DNA of 64,000 nt from Amoebidium appalachense (taxonomy: Eukaryota > Protista > Ichthyosporea), in contig CAVNZM010000005.1 of assembly GCA_963693365.1 (NCBI GenBank), forward strand, positions 4,471,167 to 4,535,166. Direction: 5' to 3'. Each line of letters opens with the position of its first letter. The first letter of the stretch is position 1. Positions 28,012 through 40,385 of this stretch are shown here, piece after piece. Below the pieces are notes generated by a model, which did not search any database, had not been told where the DNA came from, and was given only the letters and a program-made list of their open reading frames with translations. Made by a program: the position numbers and the translations under genes.

Positions 28012-28271
28012 CACTTGTGTGTATGTGTCAGTGTACACGTGCGCACGTGTGTGTGCGCGTACGATTTTTCTTTCCTTTTTTCTTATACTTACTTATTTTC
28101 TTTCTTGTTTGGGGGGGCTTTAAGGGGGGAGGGGTGGGGGGAGGGGCTCGTGTGTGTGTGGGAGGTAGGGGAGGGGGGGGGGGAAGGGGTTTAGGGTAAA
28201 TAATCAATCATTGAGTATATCATCGCCTGAGGAGGCCATGTCGTTAAATGCCACCCCTATCTATGGGGATT

Positions 28272-28308
<37 letters not shown>

Positions 28309-29730
28309 GGGGGAGGTGGGGAGGTGGGGGGGGGGGTTGGAGCATGTCATTGTCCGTTGAATGACATCGTGTGTAGCCTGAGTTTCTGGTGACACCGTTA
28401 AAGGATCCTAAATCCAACGATTTACGCTTTGGGAATGCATGTAAACCGTTGGAGCAGCTACTAAACTCACAGTACTCCCGTTATGGTCATGATATCTATT
28501 AATAATATTTTTATAGAGTCATCGCAGCCTCTCTCTGGGGTGGGTGACTCCCCCCCCCCCTTCTCCCCCTTCTGACCCACCTAGCTCAGGTGGCTTTTGG
28601 TCCCCCCCCGTACGTAATACTCCCCCTCCTCCCGGCTCCCGCTGCCAGCAGTGGCGGAAAGGCTGAAAGGTGACCGGTACAGTCAGACCCACCCCCTGCC
28701 CCCCTCAGGGGACCACCCCCCCCCCCCCCCCACCCCCCGCCTCCAAATCGATTTCTTTGCTGTGCACGTGCCGATGTGTGTGCTTTGATGATGCAAGCTT
28801 GTGTTGGTATGAACCCACTCACACAGTGACACATACACACACACACACCACGTGCACACACGCAACAACACACAATACACAGTCACACGCACACAACCAC
28901 ACACACAGTCAGGCACACACGGGAACACACACACATGACGAACACACACAACCACACACACAGGGTACAACACACGCGCGCACACAACACACCCACTCAC
29001 ACGTCACTCACACACACACACACATGTACACACACACTGTACACACCTTGCTATACACGTGCACAAGTTATCATGACTTAAATGAGTATGTATGATACTG
29101 GCATGCATACAACATGCACACCAAAAGTTATGCACCCGTTCACGTGGCACACCATAGATAGCACATAGGTGCAAATCGAATTCGAACACAGCAGATGCCT
29201 GCTAGGTTGAATGTCTTGTCTGCAGAGAAGTTCCGTATGTTCGTGTTTGCCATATGCTGATAGTCCATCTACCACCTACTGAGGTTGTGTCTCCTTTCTT
29301 TTTTTTTTTTCTTTTTTTTTTTTTGGCCGCCACAAGTAGAAGTATAACGTCGCACGTGCGGCAACACGTCAGTACGTGTTAGATGACGGCCCTCTGAAAA
29401 AGCCGTGGTTAGAAAGTCCATAGGTTCCGGACGGTACTATTTAGTCTTGGCCCACGTGCACGGCCACGGGACGGTTTCGGAGAGTTCAGAATTCGAATCG
29501 ATTGACACGTACCGGGGGGCGTGCATATATATATGGGGTTTACGCTGTTTACTCGAGGCAAAGAGAACCAGTCTCAGGTATGGGGGGGGGGGGTTTTGCT
29601 CGGAATATCCCCTCAGCGGTATATCATGATCACGTACATAGATGTCGGGTGGTGACTATATATCAGGGTTTACTTTCTCTACGAGACACCATAAAGACTA
29701 CAAGGAGAAATCAATTAGTTGGGGTTCCCC

Positions 29731-29773
<43 letters not shown>

Positions 29774-29805
29774 GGGCTCCCCTCGGGACACTCGGTATCA
29801 GCTGG

Positions 29806-29866
<61 letters not shown>

Positions 29867-29887
29867 GTGTGTGTGTGTGCGCGTGCG

Positions 29888-32557
29888 CTATAATTTTGTA
29901 GTGATGTGTTTCTCAAGCCAATCAATACATCTAATAAACAGGTCGTAGTTACGCGTGTTTAGTATAAAATCAAGGATGTTGTAATTTACAGGTAGGCTAT
30001 CTTTCTGGGTGTCTGTTGTGAATGTGACGTGTGTGTGTTGCGGTATTATGTGGTCTATCAAACTACATTTGGCGATACATGACCGGTTAAACTGGTGTGT
30101 GTGTGTGTTGTTTGGGCATGCAAATGATGCCACCTTATACTTATTAGATCTCCACTGTATAGCACGTGTACAGTAAAAGCGTGGTAATTGATCAATAATA
30201 CCATCAGCTAGAGAAAGACCAGTTCTACAGGAAGGTAATATGTATTTAGGTGTTATACACTTGCGAGTGCCATATTTGGCAATATGGTTGAGGCGGTCAG
30301 TATATATAAAACGAGACATAAGGCTTAGTTTTTCAAGGTGTATGCTTTCATCGGGTCTAGTGTCGTTTGGTATCTTTTTCCATTTGTTATATTGCGTGAT
30401 TATCTTGTGATTGTGTACATGTTTAATAAGTAAGTGGCAGTCCAAAGTCACACACACACTATTGCGGGGTTTATTTGTATTTGTGCCCAGGGGAGAAGGG
30501 GAGAGAGAGGGGAGGAAAGAGGGGAGAGGTGAGGAGGGGACAGGTCGGATAGAGAAGAGAGGGTGGGAGGGCAAATACTTCTTTAAGCGGCTTATGTGCT
30601 TATTGAATTTCAGCGCGAGATAGGATACTCTAGCAGCTATTGGGACCAGACCATATATCGAGAGCGTTACAGGCCCAGGTTTACAACAGTTGTTAGATAG
30701 AAAGGAGGCAACTTCTGCTTCAAGGAAATTTGCCAAGGGTTTAAGCGCTCTAGTTCTCTCTTTCTTGATCCAAGCGGCGAGAAGGGGTAAACCATATTCA
30801 CATGCCGGGAAGACAAAAGTGCGAATAAATGTAAGTCTAATAGAAGGATGGAGGGGTGTGTCTTTAAAAATATTAGCCGAGAAGAAAGCTAACCGCTTAC
30901 GAGCCAACTCTACCCTCTTTTCGACCATATGGGGAAACATAACACCAACAGAATCAACCGGAACACCAAGATATTTGTATTCTGGAACTATAGGTACAGG
31001 TTTAGATGATAATGTAAATGTGTGTAAATTGTTAGCTATATCAGGTACAAGAACACCACATTTGTCTATGTTAAGGATCATAAGGTTTGCCTTGCACCAC
31101 TCTGACACTACATCGAACAATCTTTGCAGGCGTCTAGGGGTACGGGCAAGGAGGGACAGATCATCAGCATAGAGAAGTGCAGGCGGAAAGTTATTAATAG
31201 GGTCATCGTTTTCGGCGTAAATCTTGACAGCCAAATCATCTATAAATAGGTTAAACAAAAAGGGGCTAAGCAATGAGCCCTGCAAGAGACCTCTAGTACG
31301 AGCAAAACCATATGAAAGATGCCCATTAACCACAGCTCTACCATAGGTTTGAGACAAGAGTGCTTCTAACAGAACACCAATGCAGTGTGGTACACCCCGT
31401 GCAGCAAGCTTTTCCCATAGGAGACCAGGGGAGACAGAATCGTAAGCAGTTTTCCAATCAATAAAGCCAACATATTGTGCACCAACTTGCATAGAATCGT
31501 GCAGTGCCATTATTTGAACATAACATGAATTGTTTTTACGAAAAGCGGATTGGCATGGGTGTATGTGAAGAATAGATTGAAACCTAGGGTGATGTGCAAA
31601 TAACCTAAGTAAGCAAGCTTCAAAGAATCTACGAACAACCTGGGTTAGTGTAATGGGGCGAAAGGATGATATGGGGCCCTCAGAGTCCTTCTTAACTATG
31701 GGGATCACTAAGGTATCTAACCAAGATGACGGGACATGTCCACATTTAACACACCAAGAAAAGAGAGAGCTTAACATGATAGTAAGATCAGGTTTAATAG
31801 CACGATCACTTTCCTTTTGTGGGTAGGAGGGAACAAGGATTTTAAGAAACCCAGCAGGGAGTCCATCAGGTCCACAAGACTTACTAGAGCTATAACTAGA
31901 TATCACAGACCATATGGCATCGGGACTGAAAAAGGGGAGGATCGATTCTATGGGGATAGATGGGTCTACAGGCCACACAATAGGTTTCTGAGCGGGGGTC
32001 CTATCTTTAAACAGTTCCGAGAAATACTTATCAGAGTCTATGAGGGGGTCTCCAGTGGTATCACCAATAATACGAGCAGGGGGGCCAAATCGATTCATAC
32101 TAGCAAGCCGGCGCAAGCTTTCCTTTTGAGACAGGGGTTCACCTAGTCTAGCGGGAGTGGTGTTTGGTAACAAGAGAGCATCGGGATATTCCTTCCTACC
32201 ACCGCCAGCATAATCACCGAGATCTATCAAATCATCAACAATAAAGTTAGTGCATGTATCTAGTACGAGATGTGAATCTGGCCTGGCTTGTGCAGATTCT
32301 AATAGGCGCATATATATAGGGTGTTTCGTAGCATAGCATACACATACATCAACTCTACCCCACTGTGACTTAAGCTGGGATAGACGGAGGCGAAAGGTGG
32401 GAGGGGGAGGGGGGAGCAGATCAAGGGAGATCTTATATATATATGATATGTTGTGCACGTTGTGCACTTCTGTTCCACACACCTGCAAGCATGCATATAA
32501 CCGGACACACTGAACACCCAACGCGTTTCTTATATGACTGTAGTATCGAGACGGCAT
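29888..32557 (-). mobile_element. Non-LTR (LINE-type) retrotransposon reverse-transcriptase ORF lacking an endonuclease; alternative start ATG 32311 (807 aa)
   Basis: Motifs GPDG, IPIVKK, FRPITL, QSAFR, FIDWKTAYDSV, GLLQGSLLSPFLFNLFIDDL, YADD, NIDKC and YKYLG, plus a degenerate C-terminal Cys/His knuckle. The stop codon runs straight into (CA)n. Confidence 0.92.
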
Positions 32558-32563
32558 ATATAC

Positions 32564-32619
<56 letters not shown>

Positions 32620-33634
32620 GTATGTCACGGATAAAACGCCCCGCAGGCCGTTTGCATGCGAGCCTGACGGTGTACGGCACTTGGCGTGGCCCACTGGCCG
32701 CCAGTGTGGCTTTTTCCGGTAACTTCACAGAGGCAGCCAGGCAGACATATATAGACACAAAAATATTGTATGTATACCCTATAACCCTTGTGTACCCCAT
32801 ATGTAATATAGTACCCTAGTCGCCCAAGGTAGAGTACCCCGTCCCTCAGCAAGTGGGATGTTTTGTTTTTGGGGTGCACGTGGGGTATTTTGTGTGCTAT
32901 TTTATGATTATTAGAATCCATGCACTTAGCCAATCGGGATGATGATAAATGTTGTGATGCAGCCAATAGGAGAACAGGCACTGTTGACATTTGCCATTGA
33001 TTGCGGTCCTGTGATTGGTCTGGCTGGGCCGCCCTGACTCAGTCAACTGCACATGTCAAAGTCGTATAATGGGACTAATAGAGATAGACCTATATCGCAC
33101 TATAAATGCTAAGTTACAAAAGCATTCTTTTCCGGTGACATTTTGAGAATGTGCAATTTTTAAAATTTGCGTTCAGTATTATTATTGTTCACCGACTATC
33201 GATCTACATGATCTAATTGATCATCTACATGATCTAATTTTCGCATTGGAGGGTTTTCGGTGTTGTTTGATTGGATCTTTCGATTTCTGTGCCAGGCGCA
33301 CTTCCTATTGGTTGTGCTATTCTTTGTTGAAAAGTTTGTTTACCGGGACACTTGAGCGCAGCCCGGATAAAGACATAAAGACACCAAGCGAGCTTTGCAG
33401 CAGGCCATTCGACGTCCGCACCAGGGAGGCCTTCACGAACGTCAGGCAGGTTGCAACCAGCGTGCTTTGTGTGGGAAAATTCTCAAGGTTCTGGAGTTTC
33501 ATCCTGCAGTAGCTTCCTGCAGTAACATATCCATTAACGTTTCAGTCGGTTTCAGAGCTTAGGTCATCATTTCCATCTATCATTCATATCCCCATTCCCA
33601 TTCCCCTACATCTGTATCCGACACCGGTAGCAAC

Positions 33635-35756
33635 ATGCATCAGGCAGCAACGTTGTGTGCTTTATTAGTGGCTGCAGCAGCACATGCTGTCTGCGCCATG
33701 GCACCCGGGCCTTCCGACACAACCACGCCCTTTTCGTTCGAGTCAACACGACAGGCAATGTCACCACCATCTTTCGCCCTACCACACTTGTCCCTCCAAC
33801 ACGTAAGGGGGAGAAGGAGGGCACTGCGCTCCGCACGCAGCCAGCTACAGAGCATGGCCACATGGGCCAATCTGGCGTGGGAGGTTAAGGGAGACAGAGC
33901 CGAGGGCAGAGATGTGGTGCTTGTGGATATGTTTGACACCTCGGAGGGAGAGATAAAAGACCACAAGGCAGCCGGCAGATTGGTGCTGTGCTACATCAAT
34001 GCCGGCACAACGGAAAAGTGGAGGAGCGATGCTGTTGAGTTCAAGTCCGTCATGGGCCCCAGGTAAATAGATTGGGTAGCCTGGTCTTTGGGGTTAACAA
34101 TTTTTTGCTTGTTTTTTGTAATAGATCTCTCCAGAAAGAGCAGGATGCACGATGCAAACATGCAGGTGTTCAGTTTTGCATAATCAGACAAATTCTTCAC
34201 TGCTTCTCGGCACTCAAATCCAAATAACATTCCCACGAGCGAGTAATAGGTGTGGTATCTCGTCATTCGAAAATGCGGGCTCGTTTTTGAGAGCGAGACG
34301 TCGTTTTCGTATCTGACCAAACACACAAGCGTGCACGTGCAAGCACACACACGTGCACACGCAAACACGTACACATTAACTTATCACACATCATAGTGAA
34401 CAGTGTGCGCACATATCTAGGCAAACATTTATACACATCATAGTGGACAGTGTGCTAACTGATCACACATCATGGTGGACAGTGTGCGCACATATCTAGG
34501 CAGGCAAACATTTATACACAATTTATACACAAAGTTCACTCACACATGAAGCATGCTAAGAACTCGTGTAGAAGATATGGACTCAAGGGCCAACCACACA
34601 CCTACCTACAAAAAGCACCATAGCATAACATTAAATGCCTTTGGCCTTTATTCTCATGTTTCACACCCACCCACCCACCCAACACGGGCTCTGCAGATAC
34701 AACAACGAAGAAAACTGGATTCTTCTTCCTCGGTGGCGAGAGGCCGTGTGGGGCATGAACAAGCGGCTGCAACAGGCTAGGGACAAGGGCTGCCAGGGCG
34801 TGGAATTGGACAATTTGGACTGCTACCAAGGTAGTCGGTGCATTAAGGGAGCCAAGGACAGCGCGGACAGAGAGGATCCTGAAACCCTAAAAAAGCAACA
34901 GCTCCAGTATGCTGGGTGGCTCAGCGACACGGTCCACAAGTACGGAATGGTGGCTGGATTCAAGAATGCCGTAGACCTGATTGAACGTGAGTCATCCATT
35001 CATTGCACGAATCCAGATGTCTTGTGCTTCTTCGCGCATATACCTACCATGGTATTTCTGTGCATACGTTTCGTTGTTTTGTGGGCTGCCTACAATCGAA
35101 CCTTTTCCCCAGGCGCACACAAGCACCCTCCTCCCCCCCTCCCCTCCCCTACCCCCTGCCCGTTGCCCCCCCCCCCTTCCCCCCCTTCTCCCCTCCCGCC
35201 GTGGCCCCCGTGCCCGCTCCTTTTCCCACATCTTCTCATACCCAATTGCAGTTGTTTGGCCACAGATCAGGTGTAGTTTAGATAAACACCTCCCTCCTAG
35301 CTAACCTCATGCTTGTTGAATTGCTGTTCACCCCGGGGAAACACTGCTTCACATCCCCTCACCGGGTTAGCTGTTGGTTACCTTTAGCGACTTTAGCTAA
35401 TGGTTACTTTTAACTAGTCTCCTGAATTGACTATTAGAAGGGTTTATGTTCAAGTCTTTGGTTGCAATCAATGGCAGGCCGTATGTATTGACACATCCCA
35501 ATATGCAGGCATGGAGCCCATGTTTGATTTTGCTGTCAACGAGTCATGCCAACGCTTTGACGAGTGCTACTATTATGCACCGTTCCGCGACAGCAACAAG
35601 CCCATCTTTGCGGTGGAGTACATCTACAAGCCTGGGATGTGCGGACGGGCTAGTGAATATGGCATGTCGCTCAAATACAAGAGGAATGGGTGGCACGACT
35701 GTTTGATTAGCGAGGAGGCCGAGGCCATTGCGGAAAAGAAGCACAAAAAGGAATAG
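33635..35756 (+). CDS. Secreted glycoside hydrolase family 114 (endo-alpha-1,4-galactosaminidase-like). Exons 33635-34062, 34697-34986, 35509-35756
   Basis: Signal peptide and motifs VDMFD, VLCYINAGTTEKWRSDA, ARDKGCQGVELDNLD, GFKNAVDL, FDFAVNESC and KPIFAVEY. Intron phases are consistent. Confidence 0.88.
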
Positions 35757-37553
35757 TGTATGCGCACAAATCAAATTTGGACAAGTCTTATCAGGACGGA
35801 AAAGTCCCGGTATTGAAAGTATCTGAAACGAAAATGGTGCTGTCGCGAGGCCCTTTGTGGCACATAAGGCGTGCTTGGCCAGTATACAGTAGGTTATTGT
35901 TATACATAGTGTGATAGAAACCGGTGTGCACAGCCGACCGAAACCTTACCTGGAAGGCTATGGAGCCGTGGATAAGTGATTGATTATTGGAGTGCACAGC
36001 CTTCTTAGTAGATTTTCATCGTGATAATAACTCGTCAGGCCCGGGGTGCTGATATATAAGAGATGGTACACTATATAGGGAGGGAGGGAGGGGGGGGGGG
36101 GGGGGGGGGGAGGCCATGGGGGAGATGATTTTTCTATACTTGCCATCGGAACAGAACATGGTGGCTGGTCGTGCGTCACGGCAGCTGGCTGCCCCTACGT
36201 GCCACGACCCGTTAATACATCCCGGAACTAGCGAAATTTCCTCATGTGTCGCCTGAGCACATCAAGCACCAACCTTGTGTTGAAAAAAGTCCTGGCACAA
36301 GTTCTGGCACACAACAGATGCCTCCCCACCACCCCTTTGATATAATTGGTGGTCAGGGGAGTTATTATGATACTTTATTTATGCGGATACCGCGGGTGCA
36401 TACGAATGATATGATATCTAATGAAGATTGTCAACACTTATCACTCTTTTGATAAAAAGAGAAAGGAAAAAAGGAGGGGGGGGGGCTTGCAAAGTGTGGC
36501 GCGATGGTGTGGTTATATTTAGTCGCTAGTGTCTTGTAGACGGGTGTGTGTGTGTGTGGATTGGTTAGGGTGGGAGGGGGGCCCGGGCGGGGGGGGGGGG
36601 GGGGGGAGGGGGGGATTGTTCCACGGAACGATCGCGGCCGAGCCTTAATATAGCACATGTCGTATGTGTGCGTTACATAAATAGTAGGTATATTAATAAT
36701 GTGGGATGTCTGCCTAGCAACGTGAATCGAAGGTTGGAGGAGTACTGGTGGTGAATATGCACTTGAAATTTCGTCCTCCCCCCCCCCCCCCCCAAAAAAA
36801 AAAAAAAAAAAAAAAAAAGTCTGTGGACGGGTTTTCCTTTTGGTGCATATCTGTGTGTGTGGGAGTTTGCACATCAGCATTGTACAATCCGTTGTGAATC
36901 GAAAGATGGTATATAATCCGATGTCCGATGGCAATCCCCCCCCCCCCCCCCTTCTCAGTGCAAGCCTGCTTGCCCTTGCCTTATCAACACGGCTGAACTA
37001 TCAGCGTTCAAAATAAATAGAGCGACACTGCAGCCCGGACCGGACCGGTGAGTTCCCCCCCCCCCCCCCCCCCCAAAAAAAAAAAAAAAAAAAAAAAATA
37101 TTATTTAAAAAAAAAAAAAAGACATGCACACACACACAGAGAGAGAAAGAAGAAGATTATTTTTGGGGAGGGCAAAAAAAAAAAAAGGAATGAATGTTGT
37201 GAATGAATTACTCGAAAAATGAATGAGTGAACGTATGAACCAATGAATGGATGCATGAATCATGAGAAAAGAAAGAAAACGAACTTCGAAATGAGATGTA
37301 CAAAGAGCCAAAAAGGCGAAAAGACAATGTGGGCGATTTTGAAACCCAAGAGGGGGACTTCGGGGTCGAAAGAAAGACGTGTGCGAGAGTGTGTGTGTGT
37401 GTTAACGTTGGGAAAAGGGGGGAGAGGGGGGGGGGGGGGGGGGGGGGGGAGGAGGAGGAGGTCTGTATGTGCGTGCATGCGTGCGTGCGTGTGTGTGTGC
37501 GTGCGTGCGTGCGTGTGGTGCGTGCGTGCGTGCGTGTGTGTGCGGGGGGAGGG

Positions 37554-37586
<33 letters not shown>

Positions 37587-37651
37587 GAATCTGGGCTGTG
37601 TGGACCTAGTTTAGTAGGTCTAGAGAAAAAATTTTCAAAAGCGTGTGTGTG

Positions 37652-37711
<60 letters not shown>

Positions 37712-38477
37712 GGGGTGGGGGGGTGGGGGGGGAGGGGGGGGAGGGGGGATCCCTGGGGTGTGTGTGCATGAAGGCTGAAGAGGGCTCGTGCATTTTTCAG
37801 GTGCATATAATAGAATGATTAGGCCCAAAATGTTCCCAACCGCCTTAAATGAATGATAATTGTAAGTACATTTACCTCAGAGCTCAACATATTCACTAAG
37901 TAACGTTAAAGTGGCTGCAACTGGTCTTGGTATTAATTTTATGGCCATGGGGACTCCGAGCTCCGGACGGCGGTCTCGTGGAAACATTATCCGATGCATC
38001 CCGCCACTCCCCTCTCTCCTCCCCACCTTCGGGTGCACAAGGAGTATTATATATAGCCCTGGCGGCGATTCCAGACGGCTTGGCAGTGCAGGGGTCAAGG
38101 ACCTCAGAGGCATAGGGGGCGGATGCCCGCTAAAAACTTGCATGTGTGGGTGAGATGGTGCAGTCACAAAGACATCGTGCGTATGACTGTGTGTGTGCAC
38201 GGAGTGTGTGTGAGTATGTGTGTGTCAGCCTGGGTGGGTGGGTGGGTACGGAGGAGAGTGGGAGAGCGGTGTGTGTGTGTGTGTGTGTGTGGAGGAGGGG
38301 AGGGGGAAGGGGGGAGGCCTGGGGGGAAAGGAGGGGGGGGGGGGGAGGGGGGAGGTGAGGGAGGTGGGGGGGGGGAGGGGGGGGGAGAGAGGAGCGGTCC
38401 GAGGGGGCTGTCTGTTGGGACCCCTAGAGTCAACACATATTGTAGCATTTATTTATTGAACATATTTAAGGTAGCTG

Positions 38478-38924
38478 GAACTATGGATTTGCGGCGATCG
38501 GTCTCCGGGCCAAATTCATATGAAAAACAGGTTTACATCGAGAGGAAAAAGGTACACCAATTATGTGCACGAGCTATAATTTTTGCATGATAATTATGTA
38601 AATAGTGTTTTCTTCAAACGTTCAGTACAGAAAAATAATAACTCAATGAGCGACCGAAAAACCACCTGCACCAAATTTGGTACGTTATACATAGTCTAAA
38701 ACATACCAGATTTGGTGCAGTTGGTTTTTCGGTCGCTGACGCTGAACCAATTGAGTTATAATTTTTCTGTACTGAACGTTTGAGGGAAACACTATTTAAG
38801 CACATAATTATCATGCAAAAATTATAGCTCTAGCGCATAATTGGTGTACCTTTTTGCTCTCGATGTAACCCTGTTTTTCATATGAATTTGGTCCGGAGAC
38901 CGATCGCCGCAATTCCATGATTTC
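38478..38924. mobile_element. Foldback/MITE-like element: ~200-bp imperfect inverted arms around a ~20-bp loop
   Basis: GCGGCGATCGGTCTCCGG...TGCACCAAATTTGGTA is mirrored by TACCAGATTTGGTGCA...CCGGAGACCGATCGCCGC. AT-rich and non-coding. Confidence 0.8.
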
Positions 38925-39353
38925 ATCCTCGTTAACACCCAGGCATTTTACATGACCTTAATCCTGGTGCGGGCATGACCTTTTTTTATTGTCTCTTTTA
39001 TCTTCTTAATTTTTTTCTTTTTTTCTTTTTCTTTTTTTGGATTCCGCGCATTGTGAAGCCCAGACACTCGTTTGATAGCCCACACCATGCAAGGCAACCA
39101 TTGCCGCGGCCTGCACCACTGTGCAATGTCATGCACAGTAAAATGGAGGCCCGGGCCCCTAACCTTGCATGTAAGTGTTATTTATCTTAGAACATAGGTC
39201 GTAATAGTTGACTGTGACATACTGCACCCATGTTACTTTCTTTCGAGACAGAACATATGTGAGTTCCTGAATCATAGTACACCTCAACAAGTGACAACCT
39301 CCTCCCGCCCTCCCCCCCCCCCCCCCCCCCCCCCCTGCATCCCTTCCTCTCCA

Positions 39354-39402
<49 letters not shown>

Positions 39403-40385
39403 AAACACGTGTACCCATTCATACGTGTGTGCACCCACACCCATATTGTACATGTTGTCCCTGGCACGAAATAAGTCTCCGTGCTGAGGTGATCACAAAT
39501 TAACGGTTGATTTTGGTCTTCTCATTATCAAGTGTAGCCCTCCCCCCCCCCTCCCCCCCTCCCCCCCCTCCTCCCCCCCCCCCCCCCCCCCCCCCCCCTT
39601 CATCATCATGGTCCCCCCCCTCCCCCCTCCCCCCTCCCCCCGCAAAAGGCTTGGCTTTCTTTTGACTAAAAAAAGACACCCTCCTCCCCCCGAAGGGTTT
39701 GGCTTTGTTTCAAAGATGCTTTTGATCAATTTTTTCCATTTTATTCTTTTTCATACTTTTCGAGAGGGTGGTCGGTCCTGCGGGTGCCAGCCCACAGACA
39801 GACCTTCACCGACCCAATTGACACATCATCCTGCATCATATTTACATACCGAGTCTAGCAGAGGCAAATATACCTTCACGTCTACGAAAGAAAACAGTAA
39901 GTTGACTTGCTATATACAGGCAGTACCGTACCGTATTTACATGCGTGAAGGCACGGTTCTCTTAGTGTCCCTAGTGCGTCTGCATTTAACATACATTTCG
40001 TCTCTTTGTAATGTCTCTTTTTTTGTGCACACATTTCTTCATTCTAACCGGGCCGCTACATCTAGCAACCGGGTGAAGATGCCATAGGGAAAAAAAAAAC
40101 AAAAACAGGGGTAGGTCTGCCGCTTTGGCATTAAACGGCTTGCCATCATCCCAAGAGGAGAAGCAATCGCATGTCCTCTCTTTCTTATTTTACTCCCCCC
40201 CCCCCCCCCCCCCCCTCCCTCCTTCACGTGCAACTTACACACAACCATACGCTTTTTACTACCATCATCTCATCATAGACCTATACCTTACCATATTCTT
40301 TTCTCCAGAGTAATATGCTATTAAGTTATTAGTAATGCTGTTGTACCGTGTTGTGTTGTGTTGCCCACACGTACCCGGGCTGTGC

